Shown piece after piece: positions 52,600 through 63,780 of a stretch of 64,000 nucleotides of DNA. Both the position numbers and the translations under genes were made by a program. This DNA is from Octopus sinensis (lineage: Eukaryota): NCBI RefSeq assembly GCF_006345805.1, contig NC_043000.1:63922001-63986000 (forward strand), given 5' to 3'. The first letter of the stretch is position 1. Each line of letters starts with the position of its first letter. The notes under the pieces are model-generated. The model was not told the DNA's origin. It worked only from the letters and a program-made list of their open reading frames with translations, and ran no database searches.

Positions 52600-53150
52600 T
52601 ACCTGCATTAGTGTATCGTAGGGCTTGGTTGGCGTGTGCGGTAACCAAACTTGGACGTCCCTTTCATTAAATGCAACAATTTTCAACCACAGCAAATATG
52701 TACATAAAAGTGGCCGCTCTGTACGAACTGCATACCTCCACAACTTCACTATCTGCCCAATAATAATATATTTTCTGTGGGAATAATTTTAAACAAGGCT
52801 TGAAAATAATTTGGTTCTATTAATAAAATGACGAGAGTTGACATACTACCATAAGTGGTCACTCGACAGGGCAAGTAAAATCAATTTCGTCATTGAGTTC
52901 ACAGAGTGAAGTTTAAACAAATGAGTCAATGTTATCTTGCGTTTGATGTATGTTGACAACTGTCACAAATAAATCATTGTATTGGTTTTGTTTTATGACG
53001 TAATAGTGATTTATCTGTCGCATTATTCATCATTTATTGTTGCCAAGTAAACATTATAATTGAAGAGATCCATATTGCCACAACAAAATGATTCTAAAAG
53101 AGGTCATGGAAAGTTAATTATGCGTTTGAGATGAGTCAGTTATTTTGCTA
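52600..53150. promoter_or_regulatory. CpG-retaining unique segment; candidate promoter or first exon
   Basis: 13 CpG in ~600 bp by manual count; TGAGTCA at ~52923 and ~53132; TGACGTAA at ~53016; minus-strand donor cag|gtagaa at 52603. Confidence 0.25.
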
Positions 53151-53189
53151 GTGAGCTAGTGCAAATTGGATTAATTTGCCAAAGATATT

Positions 53190-53202
53190 TATTACCACTC
53201 CC

Positions 53203-53265
<63 letters not shown>

Positions 53266-53317
53266 TATTATTATTATCATGGAGAACGGACGTTAAACGA
53301 TGATGATGATTATCATT

Positions 53318-53358
<41 letters not shown>

Positions 53359-53388
53359 CATTATTATTATTATTATTATTATTATTTT
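53190..53388. repeat. (ATT)n/(ATC)n tract with an embedded SINE C 3' end
   Basis: catggagaacggacgttaaacgatgatgatga at ~53278-53310 within trinucleotide runs. Confidence 0.9.
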
Positions 53389-53934
53389 GTTTTTGAAAAT
53401 ATAAATTCTAGTCCAACTTGGCTGATTTAACGATGGAATGCGCGTGATTTATATATTAGTTTCCTTATAACTGAACATAATATTCCATATTTCTCAAAAA
53501 GAAAGACATTGAGAATGTTGGTGAAATTAAATAGTTTTAACGATCAAACCAATCTTTTGGACACAGCTTAAAAAATAAATTGTATCCAAAAATAGTTCAA
53601 AGAATATTGCTTAAATATATGAAAATTGACAATATAAAGTTCGTCATTTTTACAATCCCCTCTGATTTATCTTTTATTTAAATGTTCTCTTGGCTGTGAA
53701 TCACAGACTAACAGCTATATTTAAAATCAGTTGAAAGTTTTTATTTATAGATTCGATTTCCATGAAACAAAATCGTCGTCTTTTCACATAGTATTGCTTT
53801 TATAAATTACAATGTATCAGGTTATGACTTCATAATCCTCTCTACTACTTCAATGTAACCACGTCACTGATGTATTGTTTGACTGACTTGAGAGATACTC
53901 GGCGTTGCTCAAGATTAAGATCACACTGTGTGTA

Positions 53935-54015
<81 letters not shown>

Positions 54016-54027
54016 TATATATATATA

Positions 54028-54441
54028 GGATCTTTTCAGTTTGAACGGCAGTTTTTTCTAGCGGTGTCATATGAAATTGCCACCCATAATTATTACCCTA
54101 GAATCGATCTATTGCCTTTCAATCTGTTTTAGGGCTAGGGTTAAGGGTGGGGGGAAGGGTATCTTTTTTTCTTCACAAATGTAAATAAACCCAATCTGTT
54201 TCTTAAACGAGGGACATATCCAGACGGCACAGAATGTTTTCACCTCAATAGACGTCATTGATTGGTTGAAATTGCAGAAATTGAAAAAAAACCAGCAAAT
54301 ATCTTACAAACTATAGGATTTTCTCAATAAAGCCAAGAGAAAAAGATGTTTTATAAACACATTCTACCAGTATACGAAGTTTAAAAGTGTTTAGTTACGT
54401 GGAATTATTTTAAAAAACTGCCGGTCAAACCTAAAAGATCC
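54028..54441 (+). mobile_element. GGATCTTTTC-ended MITE (414 bp) in (TA)n
   Basis: TIR ggatcttttcagtttgaacggcagttttt; 8-bp flanks tatatata; near-identical to 62081-62488. Confidence 0.92.
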
Positions 54442-54455
54442 TATATATATATATA

Positions 54456-55123
54456 TTTCAACCAATCAATTACGTGTATTCAGCTGAATAAAATTACTGC
54501 CGTTTGTCAACAACAACTATCGGCAGTGTATATTTCGTTTGTCACTGTTGTTTATGACATCGTTCGTGCGTTTGTACTGGTTTTAGCTTTAGGGGGTTAG
54601 GGTTTTAGAGTTAGGGTTAGGGTTAAGGTTTTAGGGTTACGGTTACAGTTAGTGTTTTAGGGTTAGATTTACGGAAAAAAGTGAAAAAGGAAGAGATTGG
54701 AGGAGGAGGGGGGAAAAAACGTCTTTCCAAAAATAGTAGCTGAAAAACTAAAAGCAGTAGAAATGCACGAACGATTGTGGTGCCATGAAGTAAACATGCT
54801 TAGGATACACTCGTTTATTCATACAAATGTAACTGAGATTAAATATATCATTAAGTAACAGTGACAAACGAAATATACACCACCGGAAGTTGTTGGCAAA
54901 CAACAGCAGTAATTTTATTCAGCTAAATACATGTCATTGATTGGTTGAAATTACAGAAATAAGACAACTTTAACACGAAATAACTTTGAAAATAGAAACG
55001 TTTCTCAACAACACTAAGAGTAAAAGATGTTTTATATGACACATTCTACCAGCGTCCGAAGTTTGAAAGTGTTTACTTACAAAAAATTAATTTCTCGATC
55101 TGCCGTTCAAAGGGAAAAGATCC
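54456..55123 (+). mobile_element. Related MITE lacking its left end, with an internal ~95-bp inverted repeat enclosing TTAGGG-like repeats
   Basis: Inverted repeat 54456-54548 / 54857-54950; (TTAGGG)-like 54580-54668; right end ctgccgttcaaagggaaaagatcc. Confidence 0.85.
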
Positions 55124-56798
55124 AATAAATGAACTGAACTGAAATTGATTAGTATTTGAAGCAATTTGGTTATTCAATTTAGGCGTAAAGCAAGTATTTG
55201 TTTACTTTTAATTTTCTCCTTCGGTAGGACGAATATTGGGTTTGTTGTTAGCAAATGTTAATTTTTAAATAATGTACAATATACTAATACACAGGTTTTT
55301 TGGTCTTTTGTTTTCTCACCAAGAGCTCCAGAGATATGCAACTGGTAACAGGAAAAATGTCAGCTAGCGTGAGCATACCTTTACTGCATAACATGATACT
55401 GAATTGTACTGATTGATTTATCATTTAACAACTTGGGCTTATGTTACAGCCAAGGGAAACTATGTCAGAGTACACTACCTTCTCACCCAGTAAATGCAAT
55501 AAAAGAAATCAGAATAGAATTCAGTAATGCTTTGTTTACTCAGTTACTTGATTAGTTTAGCATAACGTTTAATTCCCAAAACTTTCCAAACATCATTCAT
55601 TGTGTTCCAGATTACTCATGACTCTCAGGGTGCCACCCGTCTTCCACACCTGTGATCAAATGTATTCCAGCCATAACCATGCTGGGAAAAACTTCCTCAC
55701 GTCCCCCCACCATTTTCATTTTGAGGAATTTTTTTCAGAATCATAATCTCTGTATTTTTCCGCATATTTTGGAAAAAAAAATTTCTGAAAAAAGTTAAAA
55801 ATTAAGAAATAGTGGGGGGGGGGGGGTTAATTTCAAAATGCCGATTTTTGCCAATTTTTTTTATTGCAGATTCGTATTCTCCGTAGAAGGGGAAGGGGTC
55901 AAAAGGAAGTCTTGCCCCATGCTGGCTTTTTATCTTCACTGTTCAAAATACACTTCTTCATTTAAGACACCAGGATCTTTAAAATACGAGACAAAAGGGA
56001 GTTCTGACTATTATTTTTAGCAGGTCGCATTACCACTTAGAGGCTGCTTCATTGACTCGATATCTCTACCTATTTGTAAAGATTTAACATGTTTATCTTT
56101 TCATTTAATCCATTGATTTTCTTCGTAGTTATTTTTTCATTTTCATAAAAAACGCCAATGAAATTTACAAATCATAAGCACATATCTGAGATACATACTA
56201 TTTATAAACAACTTCTGGCATGAATTTTACGATATTGTTTCTACTAAGAAAAAATATAGCCATTGGATAGAGCTAAATATCAATATTTCATCATGTGCAA
56301 AAGAGTGTTTCAAATATATGCATAACTTAAGTTGCTTAATTCAAGTTTCAGGCATTAATGACCCAGGTTATGCGTAACTTATATAGCACCATCCTGCTGA
56401 ATCTGTTAATACGTATTTTGGGACACCATAAACCACTCGAGCAGGGTTTTGTTAACCGAAATGTATCCAGGTCGGTGGTTTATCTGATATTTCTGGGAGG
56501 AATTTGTCTAGATAGCGTTTAAATGCAATGGAGTCTTTTCTTCGAATTTTTTCGGTATAATGATGAAGGTAAAAATAAAGATCTTTGTCACAATGTTGTT
56601 ATGAGAGTGATCAAAGATCGATATTTAGAGAGGGTGTATGGCACGAGACCCTAGCCTTGGGTGATTTATGAACTCGATACCGACATTGTTTGATCAATGA
56701 CGACGGATTATTTTCTACATTGTACAAATGGTGTAACTCCCATGCCGGCGTTGGAGAGAATAGTGTTTGGCTTCTTTAATCAAGAACTGACATACTAT

Positions 56799-58393
56799 TT
56801 ATTACCTCCGCCGAAGCGAAGGCGAAGGTATTGTTTTCAGTCGTGTTTGTCCGTGGACAAGATATCTCAAAAACTGCTGGATGGATTCAGCTGAAATTTT
56901 CAGGTATGTTTGGCCTTGTAACTGGCACGGTTTCATTAGATTTTGGGATCGATCCGGTACCGGACAAAGATTCTGGATTATTTTTTATATTTTCTTTAAT
57001 TTACATGTATATGTAAAGTTTCACATAGATCTCTTGTACATGCACACATATACTCACACATTTTCAGCGTTGAACAATACCATCCCATTTCCATTGTAAA
57101 CACACACACACGGACGCAAACATACCTCTCTTTTACACACACATACACTTCAAACGCCGTTTATCGGCTTTTTCTCTCCTTCCTTCGTTATTCATCTATC
57201 ACCACTTCCTTTCTCATTCATACGACGCTCTCTTTGCCACTTCGTTTCGACGTTACTTTCTCTCACTCCCTCTCAGTCATGGCTATTACTCTCATTTTTC
57301 TCCTTCACTGTATTAGTATTTCATCTCCTTTCCCTTCACCTCTCACTCAATGTGGGAAATTCTGACTGTGGATGTATTTGTGGAGTTGTTAGCTAACTCC
57401 TCCCAAATCGTTTTATCGATTTTGATGAAATTTGACACGTGAATAGAATTCATGTCTGGAATCCTCATAGTATACTCAGTTTGTTGAAAAGGTCGATAAT
57501 AGGGCTCCTGGAAGGGATCCTTAAATATAACCAAGGGAAGTAACCCATTCATTTTCCCAAATTAATTGGTAAAAATGAAATTGAGTGTGCTTATTTCTTA
57601 GTATTTGAATTGTTAGAGTTATTTTCGCAATTTATCCAGTACAACCCTTAAACAAGTAAATAGCATTTTCCTAAACAATAGATCCACTTATTTCGGTTAG
57701 TGACTTATTCACGAATATACCAACACCAGCGCCCCTGAGGGTAATATTCTCTATAAACGCGCAAAGGCCCTTTTCAGGGTTATTTACTTTGAATTGTTAT
57801 TATATCATATCTGATTAGCCTGTTATTACATAACATTCTTCACGATTTTAGTATACATACCTTATTAGTATTTCCTCCTCTGTTCTATATATAGGGCATT
57901 AAAGCCCCTTTCTGGGCTATTTTATATGATTTCTTACTATCAGGTAACTAATTTCATGTTATTACGTAACTGACTTCATAATTGGGTATTCATAACTTAA
58001 TGGAAATTCCTAAAAACAAGATCCTGTGTAAGATAATTCTCTATCGAGATCCTTCTTTTCTAAATAGTCAACACAGTAAATCAATTTTATCAATAAATAT
58101 GTTCTGGCTTCATTTATTATACATACAGTCGCTAGATCACACGGTGATGGTCTTCCACAATACAACACATACCAACAAGCAATGGCCACAACATTGTTGA
58201 CTATGCAATCACGCGACAATGGCATCAAAATCTCTTGGTTGGAAAGTTTAAATGATCCAAGAACATATTCCGTGGGTTACCTCAATTTATATGATGCTGC
58301 CTGCACACCAGCTTAGGTTGTTGGTGGTGGTTACTCCTAAGTCACTGATAGTATTTGACGCTACGAGAAGCTCTACTGAGTGCATCCTCTTTT
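56799..58393 (+). mobile_element. Helentron-associated (HINE/DINE-like) non-autonomous element, composite
   Basis: 5' ttattacctccgcc-gaagcgaa-ggcgaagg hairpin then gtattgttttcagtcgtgtttgtcc; 3' gctctactgagtgc..ctct; boundaries inferred from family resemblance. Confidence 0.55.
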
Positions 58394-58584
58394 CAAAAAG
58401 TCTATGCGTCCAGATTTTGCTTGTTTAGCAGCTTTCTTCCCGTCATTGTATCACAGCACAGACATTAGATTATACTTCTGTCCTGTCACCTATTTCGTTG
58501 GTGACTTTCTGAAGCTTAGAATCATCTGCAAATTTTTTTATCTTACTATTGTTGATGACAGTTGCAATGCTGTAAATGTATGGT

Positions 58585-58872
58585 ATGAATATTGCTTCAC
58601 AACCACATGGTTCCGGGTTCAGTTCCACTAGTGGTACCTTGGGCAAGTGTCTTCTACTATAGCTTATGGTGACCAAAGCCTTGAGAGTAGATTTAGTAGG
58701 CGGAAACGGAAAGAAGCCCTCCATATGTGTGTGTGTCTGTGTGTGCACGCACGTGTATGTGTGTACTTTTGTGTCTGAGTTTGTCCTCTACATCCGCTTG
58801 ACAACAGGTATTGGTACGTGTACGTCCCTACAACTTAGCAGTTCGGCAAAAGACAAAGAAAGAACAAGTACC
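58585..58872 (+). mobile_element. SINE family A copy truncated by a Merlin element
   Basis: Stops at agaacaagtacc immediately before the Merlin TIR. Confidence 0.85.
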
Positions 58873-60307
58873 GTGATCGATTTATATGCCATATTTGCAA
58901 TTCTCCACATAAATGATAGGAAAGTCAGTATTAAATGCTGGTTCAGTGAATTTACCGAATGCCATCGCCTTCGAGTACAAAACGAAAGATTGCCCTACAA
59001 ATATCACACTACAAGTGAAAGAATCACAAGTCACCCTAATATTTATTCACATTTCATTTACACCCTTGAATTCAAAGACTTGATACAACAGCATGGCTCT
59101 TTGCAACTCTTGCAATGTCAGTCTATATGAAGGCATGCTCCGTTTCCACGGCTATTATGATGCCTCTATTGCATTTTTAGCCGAACATGGCCTCCTGCTG
59201 TGCACACGAGATTGTCCAAACTGCAATACCCCGTGTATTTTGCGCCAAGGGACAAACATATGGCGTTACCATAAGGTGATGTGACGACGTGGACGGTCTA
59301 AAAGGGAATGTGGATACTCCATATCTATATTTAAGGACACCTTTCTGGAAGGCGTCCATCTTCCGCCTTGGAAAGTTTTGCTTTTGCTGAACCACTTGGT
59401 CAGTGCAGCTTGGTCGCACAAATCAATAGAGGAAAACCTTGGATCCTGCCGTAAAACCTCCGTAGACTGGCGATCTTTCTGTTCGGAAGTCTGCCAGTTT
59501 TGGACACAAAACCACCAAACTGTTATCAGAGGACAGGGGGTTGAAGTAGAAATTGACGAGACGGTTTTGATCCGTCAGAAATACCAACGCGATAGGATTC
59601 TGAAAACAGTTTGGCTTTTTGGCGGACTGAAACGGTTAAGTAAGAAGGCATTTATGGTTCCACTGCTAAACAAATGTGATGAGGCCAACAGACGAGATGC
59701 AGGGACTCTGAATGCACTTGTTACATCAGGCAGAGGTCAATTATTTATAGCGACTGTTGGCGTGCCTATAGTAACCTCAACAACCTGGGCTGTATGAACT
59801 ATCGAGTGAACCATAGCCAGCATTTTGTTGGTCCTGTCAACCCATCTGTTCATACTCAAAATATTGAGCGTTTATGGGGAACACTCAAGAAGAGCATTAT
59901 TCTACCTGGAATGAATCCTAAGTACCTGAAGCAGTACATCGCTTGGTTCCTTTTGTTACGGGTTGTCTCACCACCAACCCAACGACTTCATAGGTTTCTT
60001 GTGGAGGCTGCAACATTATATCCAGATTCCTGAAGACACGGAAGACTATATACAAAAATTATTTAATCAGTATCTTTTAAAACACACATGACACATTTAT
60101 TTACAGTTAACAGATACCACACGTTTTCATAATACACGCTTATAAAGCATATTCATTGACTCATACGTTATCATATATTTACTCTCTTTTTCAATATTTA
60201 ATGAGAAGAGAGAGTATGTTATTCCCCCAAACGTCAAAACTTTAATTTTAATACCCACTTTCCTATCATTTATGTGCAGAATTGCAAATATGGCATATAA
60301 AGATAAC
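58873..60307 (+). mobile_element. Merlin DNA transposon (1.43 kb) with ~60-bp TIRs
   Basis: tttatatgccatatttgcaattct(c/g)cacataaatgataggaaagt at 58881 and inverted at 60250-60302; no TSD match. Confidence 0.92.
59093..60033 (+). pseudogene. Merlin transposase with only two lesions
   Basis: CPNC zinc ribbon; in-frame TGA at 59282; VEIDET (D); frameshift ~59720; IYSDCWRAY (D); VNHSQHFV; HTQNIERLW (E). Confidence 0.95.
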
Positions 60308-60423
60308 ATATTTTCATAGAAATTTTATCAGTACCTTTCCGTAAATGTTTTTCTTGCGCACTTCCTCTTCCCCCCACACACCTGTGCGAGGATACGCATG
60401 AACGAAGTTCCATGAAGTTTTTA

Positions 60424-61139
60424 TCTTACGTATTAAAACTGAAAATGTGTGTATGTGTATCGGTATGTCCTCGTTTTGCGCCAAAACGGCTCCACCGATG
60501 TTTCTTAAACTTCACACTCACATTGCTTATGTGTCTGGGGAGGTTTTAAGTATAAATTGATTTCGAAAAAATGCTCGGGTAAACGGTGTGGGAAAAACAT
60601 TTGGGTGTGAGTAATTATTTTTAAGCTTCCAAGGGAAATAGCCCATTCCCTCCTGGAAATAACCACAAGGGAAATAACTGGCGTTGCTGAGAGTAATATT
60701 CTCTGGGAACGTACAAAAACCTTTTTTTTTTCACAGTTAATTACTTTGAATTGTTATCTCATACCTGATTAGCCTGTTATTACGTAACATGTTTCACGAT
60801 TTTAGTATACATACCTTATTAGTATTTCCTCCTAAAATCTATATACTCTGGGAACATATTAAAGCCCTTTTCGAGGCTACTTTATTTGAATTCTTACTAT
60901 AGGGCAATTAATTGTATGCTATTACATAACTGACTTCACAATTTGGGTATTCATAACTTATTGGGAATTCCTAAAAACAAGATCTTTTGTAAGACAGTTT
61001 GGTATTCTCAATAAATAGACAAAAACCGTTTTAAGGGCAACATAGTTTTTATTGTTGTTACTGGATTAGCGAAACAGTTATGAGAACGGAACCAAGGGAT
61101 AAGCCCGCTTTCCCGGGAATTACCGGGTATGTCAGCTAA
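60424..61139 (+). mobile_element. Non-autonomous Helitron, complete
   Basis: A|TC start; 3' hairpin cccgg-gaatta-ccggg (61112-61127) then CTAA|T; no TSD. Confidence 0.85.
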
Positions 61140-61153
61140 TATATATATATATC

Positions 61154-61335
61154 AGATTGGAGCAATCTCAAGGATAATCAGCTGAAATTGCGAGGATTAT
61201 CTGATTCTTGACTGAAGATAGAAAACTTCGAATGACCCGTCCTTGTTTTCTTTGTATCGTCTACCTGGATGTTTTGTTGTCCCTTTTTGTATCACCTAGT
61301 TGTCCGGATGTTTTGCGTTCTTGTCCCATTTTGTA
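61154..61335 (+). mobile_element. Short element between (TA)n tracts, probable PLE end
   Basis: cagattggagcaatctc...gactgaagatagaaaacttcgaatgacccgtcc; (TA)n on both sides. Confidence 0.4.
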
Positions 61336-61339
61336 TTTT

Positions 61340-61722
61340 ATATATATATAATTGGACATGGGCGATCATTGTATTCTTTCTTGTCTTGATGTTCACAGCC
61401 AAACGGCTGAGTGGATTCGCGTGAAAAATGGCACACATGTGGAGACAGGTGCATAGATTGGAATGCAGTTTGTATTTTTATCCTAACCCCTATACTTACC
61501 GAGAAAATCAATTAAAACCTTTTCTAATAGAATTTCCCTATTTCTGCTATTAAAACAATCAGTTGCTTAGAAACTGTTTTCTGACAGGGTGAGGTCAGTT
61601 GGAGGCTCCAATCGAAATAGGGGACCAGAAATGATATGGTTGACAAACGCTGATATAGATTATACCTAACCGAAAACGATCACATCCACATCATCCAAAC
61701 AGACCGGGTGAAACCGGGCTTA
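61340..61722 (+). mobile_element. Non-autonomous Helitron
   Basis: tatatatataattgg start; aaacggctgagtggatt..aaaaatggcacac; 3' ccggg-tgaaa-ccggg then ...gccag|t. Confidence 0.65.
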
Positions 61723-61751
61723 GCTGCCAGTATATATATATATATATGCTT

Positions 61752-62043
61752 ATTATAGCCTCAGGTCGACCAAAACCTTGTGAGTGGATTTCGTACTCGA
61801 AAACTGAAAGAAGACTGTCGTATATATGTGTATGTGTGTGCGTATCTTGTGTTTGAACCCCCACCATTGCTTGACAACTGATGTTACTGTGTTTACATTC
61901 TCGTAACTTAGCGGTTTGATTAGAGACACTGACAGAATGAGTACTGGGTTTACAAAGAATAAATCCTGTGGTTGATTTCTTCAACCAACGGCGGTGCTCC
62001 AGCATGGCCGAAGTCACATGACTGAAACAAGTAAAACAATAAA
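61752..62043 (+). mobile_element. SINE family A copy, headless
   Basis: atagcctcaggtcgaccaaaaccttgtgagtgg...gactgaaacaagtaaaac. Confidence 0.85.
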
Positions 62044-62080
62044 AATGTATTCCATTTTAATCCTGAGTAAGGCCAGGTAT

Positions 62081-62488
62081 GGATCTTTTCGGTTTGAACG
62101 GCAGTTTTTTCTAGCGGTGTCATATGAAATTGTCACCCATAATTATGACCCTAGTATCGATCTATTGCATTTCAATCTGTTTTAGATTTAGGGTTAGGGG
62201 TGGGGGGAAGGGTATTTTTTTTCTTCACAAATGTAAATAAACCCAATCTGTTTCTTAAACGAGGGACATATTCATACGGCACAGAATGTTTTCACCTCAA
62301 TAGACGTCATTGATTGGTTGAAATTGCAGAAAAACCAACAACAAATATCTTACAAACTATAGAATTTTCTCAATAAAGCCAAGAGAAAAAGATGTTTTAT
62401 AAACACATTCTACCAGCATACGAAATTTAAAAGTGTTTAGTTACGTGGAAATTATTTTAAAAAACTGCCGTTCAAACCGAAAAGATCC
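62081..62488 (+). mobile_element. GGATCTTTTC-ended MITE (408 bp), 8-bp TSD
   Basis: TSD ccaggtat / ccgggtat; TIR ggatcttttcggtttgaacggcagttttt is a perfect inverted pair. Confidence 0.95.
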
Positions 62489-63686
62489 CCGGGTATCTCT
62501 GCTAGTTCTTTCTAAATGAAGAAGACAAACATATTATTGAATATCGTGTTTGCTTCTATCAGGACCGTTTACCTTTAAAGCGAAAAAGCAAAACCGACGT
62601 ATACGACAGGTCTGCAAAACATTTCGGTGTATTTTCTCTGTTCATTTGCACGCGCACACACAAGCCGTTCATTTTCACTTTTAGATAGCGGGATGGAATG
62701 AAGCGAGGTGTATGAATCAATTTTGGAGTTTTCTCACAGAAAATTTGAAATTAATTTTTTTTTTTCTATATTCTTAATCTCCATATTTTCCCACGAAGAT
62801 TGAAAAAAAGTTTTCGAAAGAAAGTTAAATTTTTAAAATTTGGGGTGGAGAGGGGTAGTTTGAAAACATGGTTTTTAGCATATTCAGAATCCCCGTCATC
62901 GAAAACATAAGAATCCGCTGAAAAAAAAAATTTTAAGAAAAAAAAGGTCGATTTTTGCGTGCCGGTGTACTTGTAAACATTAGCCCAAACAATAATATAC
63001 AACGATGCCAAAATTTATGTCAAGGAGGATATATAGAGGGTTTGTCTCATTTATTTTTATAGCTTTAGTTTGTCTCATTTGTTTTCAGTCAAAGCATTCT
63101 CATAGGAACTACCACCTTCATAGTAAAATATTCGACATTTGCGTTATATCACTTTAGGGTAATATTTTAAATAACTTATTTATTTACTCATTTAGTTTAG
63201 CTTGGCTTGTGTCACGTTTCTACGTTTATTAGTTACCTTCTAAAAACTCGCGTGATTTAAACTAAAATAATTGCTTTCATTTTCTTTCGTGAGAATGAAG
63301 AATTTATAATGTGAATGCAAGTGAGAACTGTCAAGCTTATCATTGCAGTAATGTAAAAATATTCTTACAACAGAAAACAAGCATGACATCTTCAAACAAT
63401 GGAATACAGATAAGAATGTATATGAGCAAGACGATACCGTGCAGACTAATCTCTGATTTCTAAAATGCTTATCATTAGGTTCTGTTAAACCTTGTGGTGT
63501 GCGACCAGTTGCTGTGATAAAAAAGAAATTCCCCACAAATGGTTTCAATATAGTTGTAATAGAAATATCTGGAAGAATTAAATGAAAGTTCTCCGGTAAT
63601 TTTCTTTCATGTAAATAAATGTTAATTTTAAAATTTGCCAGCAAAATCTTATAAAATGAGAATGTTCTAAAAGATGTACATGTTTA

Positions 63687-63780
63687 TCTCTATATATATA
63701 AAACTGAGATTGTGTGTGTGTCTGTCTGTGTGTTTCTCTAAAACTTGAGAATTACACAACCAATTTCATTCAAATTTTAA
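63687..63780 (+). mobile_element. Helitron 5' end fragment
   Basis: a|tctctatatatataaaactgaga + (GT)n + acaaccaatttcattcaaattt. Confidence 0.6.

Noticed and set aside
53176-53430. Poly-Leu/Tyr/His ORF
   Set aside because: Translation of an (ATT)/(ATC) microsatellite.
54580-54668. True telomere or chromosome-fusion scar
   Set aside because: Short, degenerate, single orientation and enclosed within a MITE.
59093-60033. Bacterial IS1595 contamination or horizontal transfer
   Set aside because: Merlin is the established eukaryotic branch of this family, and the element is embedded among animal SINEs.
61205-61245. Hammerhead at gaCTGAAGAtagaaaacttCGAAtgaccc
   Set aside because: Stem II is only 2 bp, GAAA is incomplete and no stem I partner is present.
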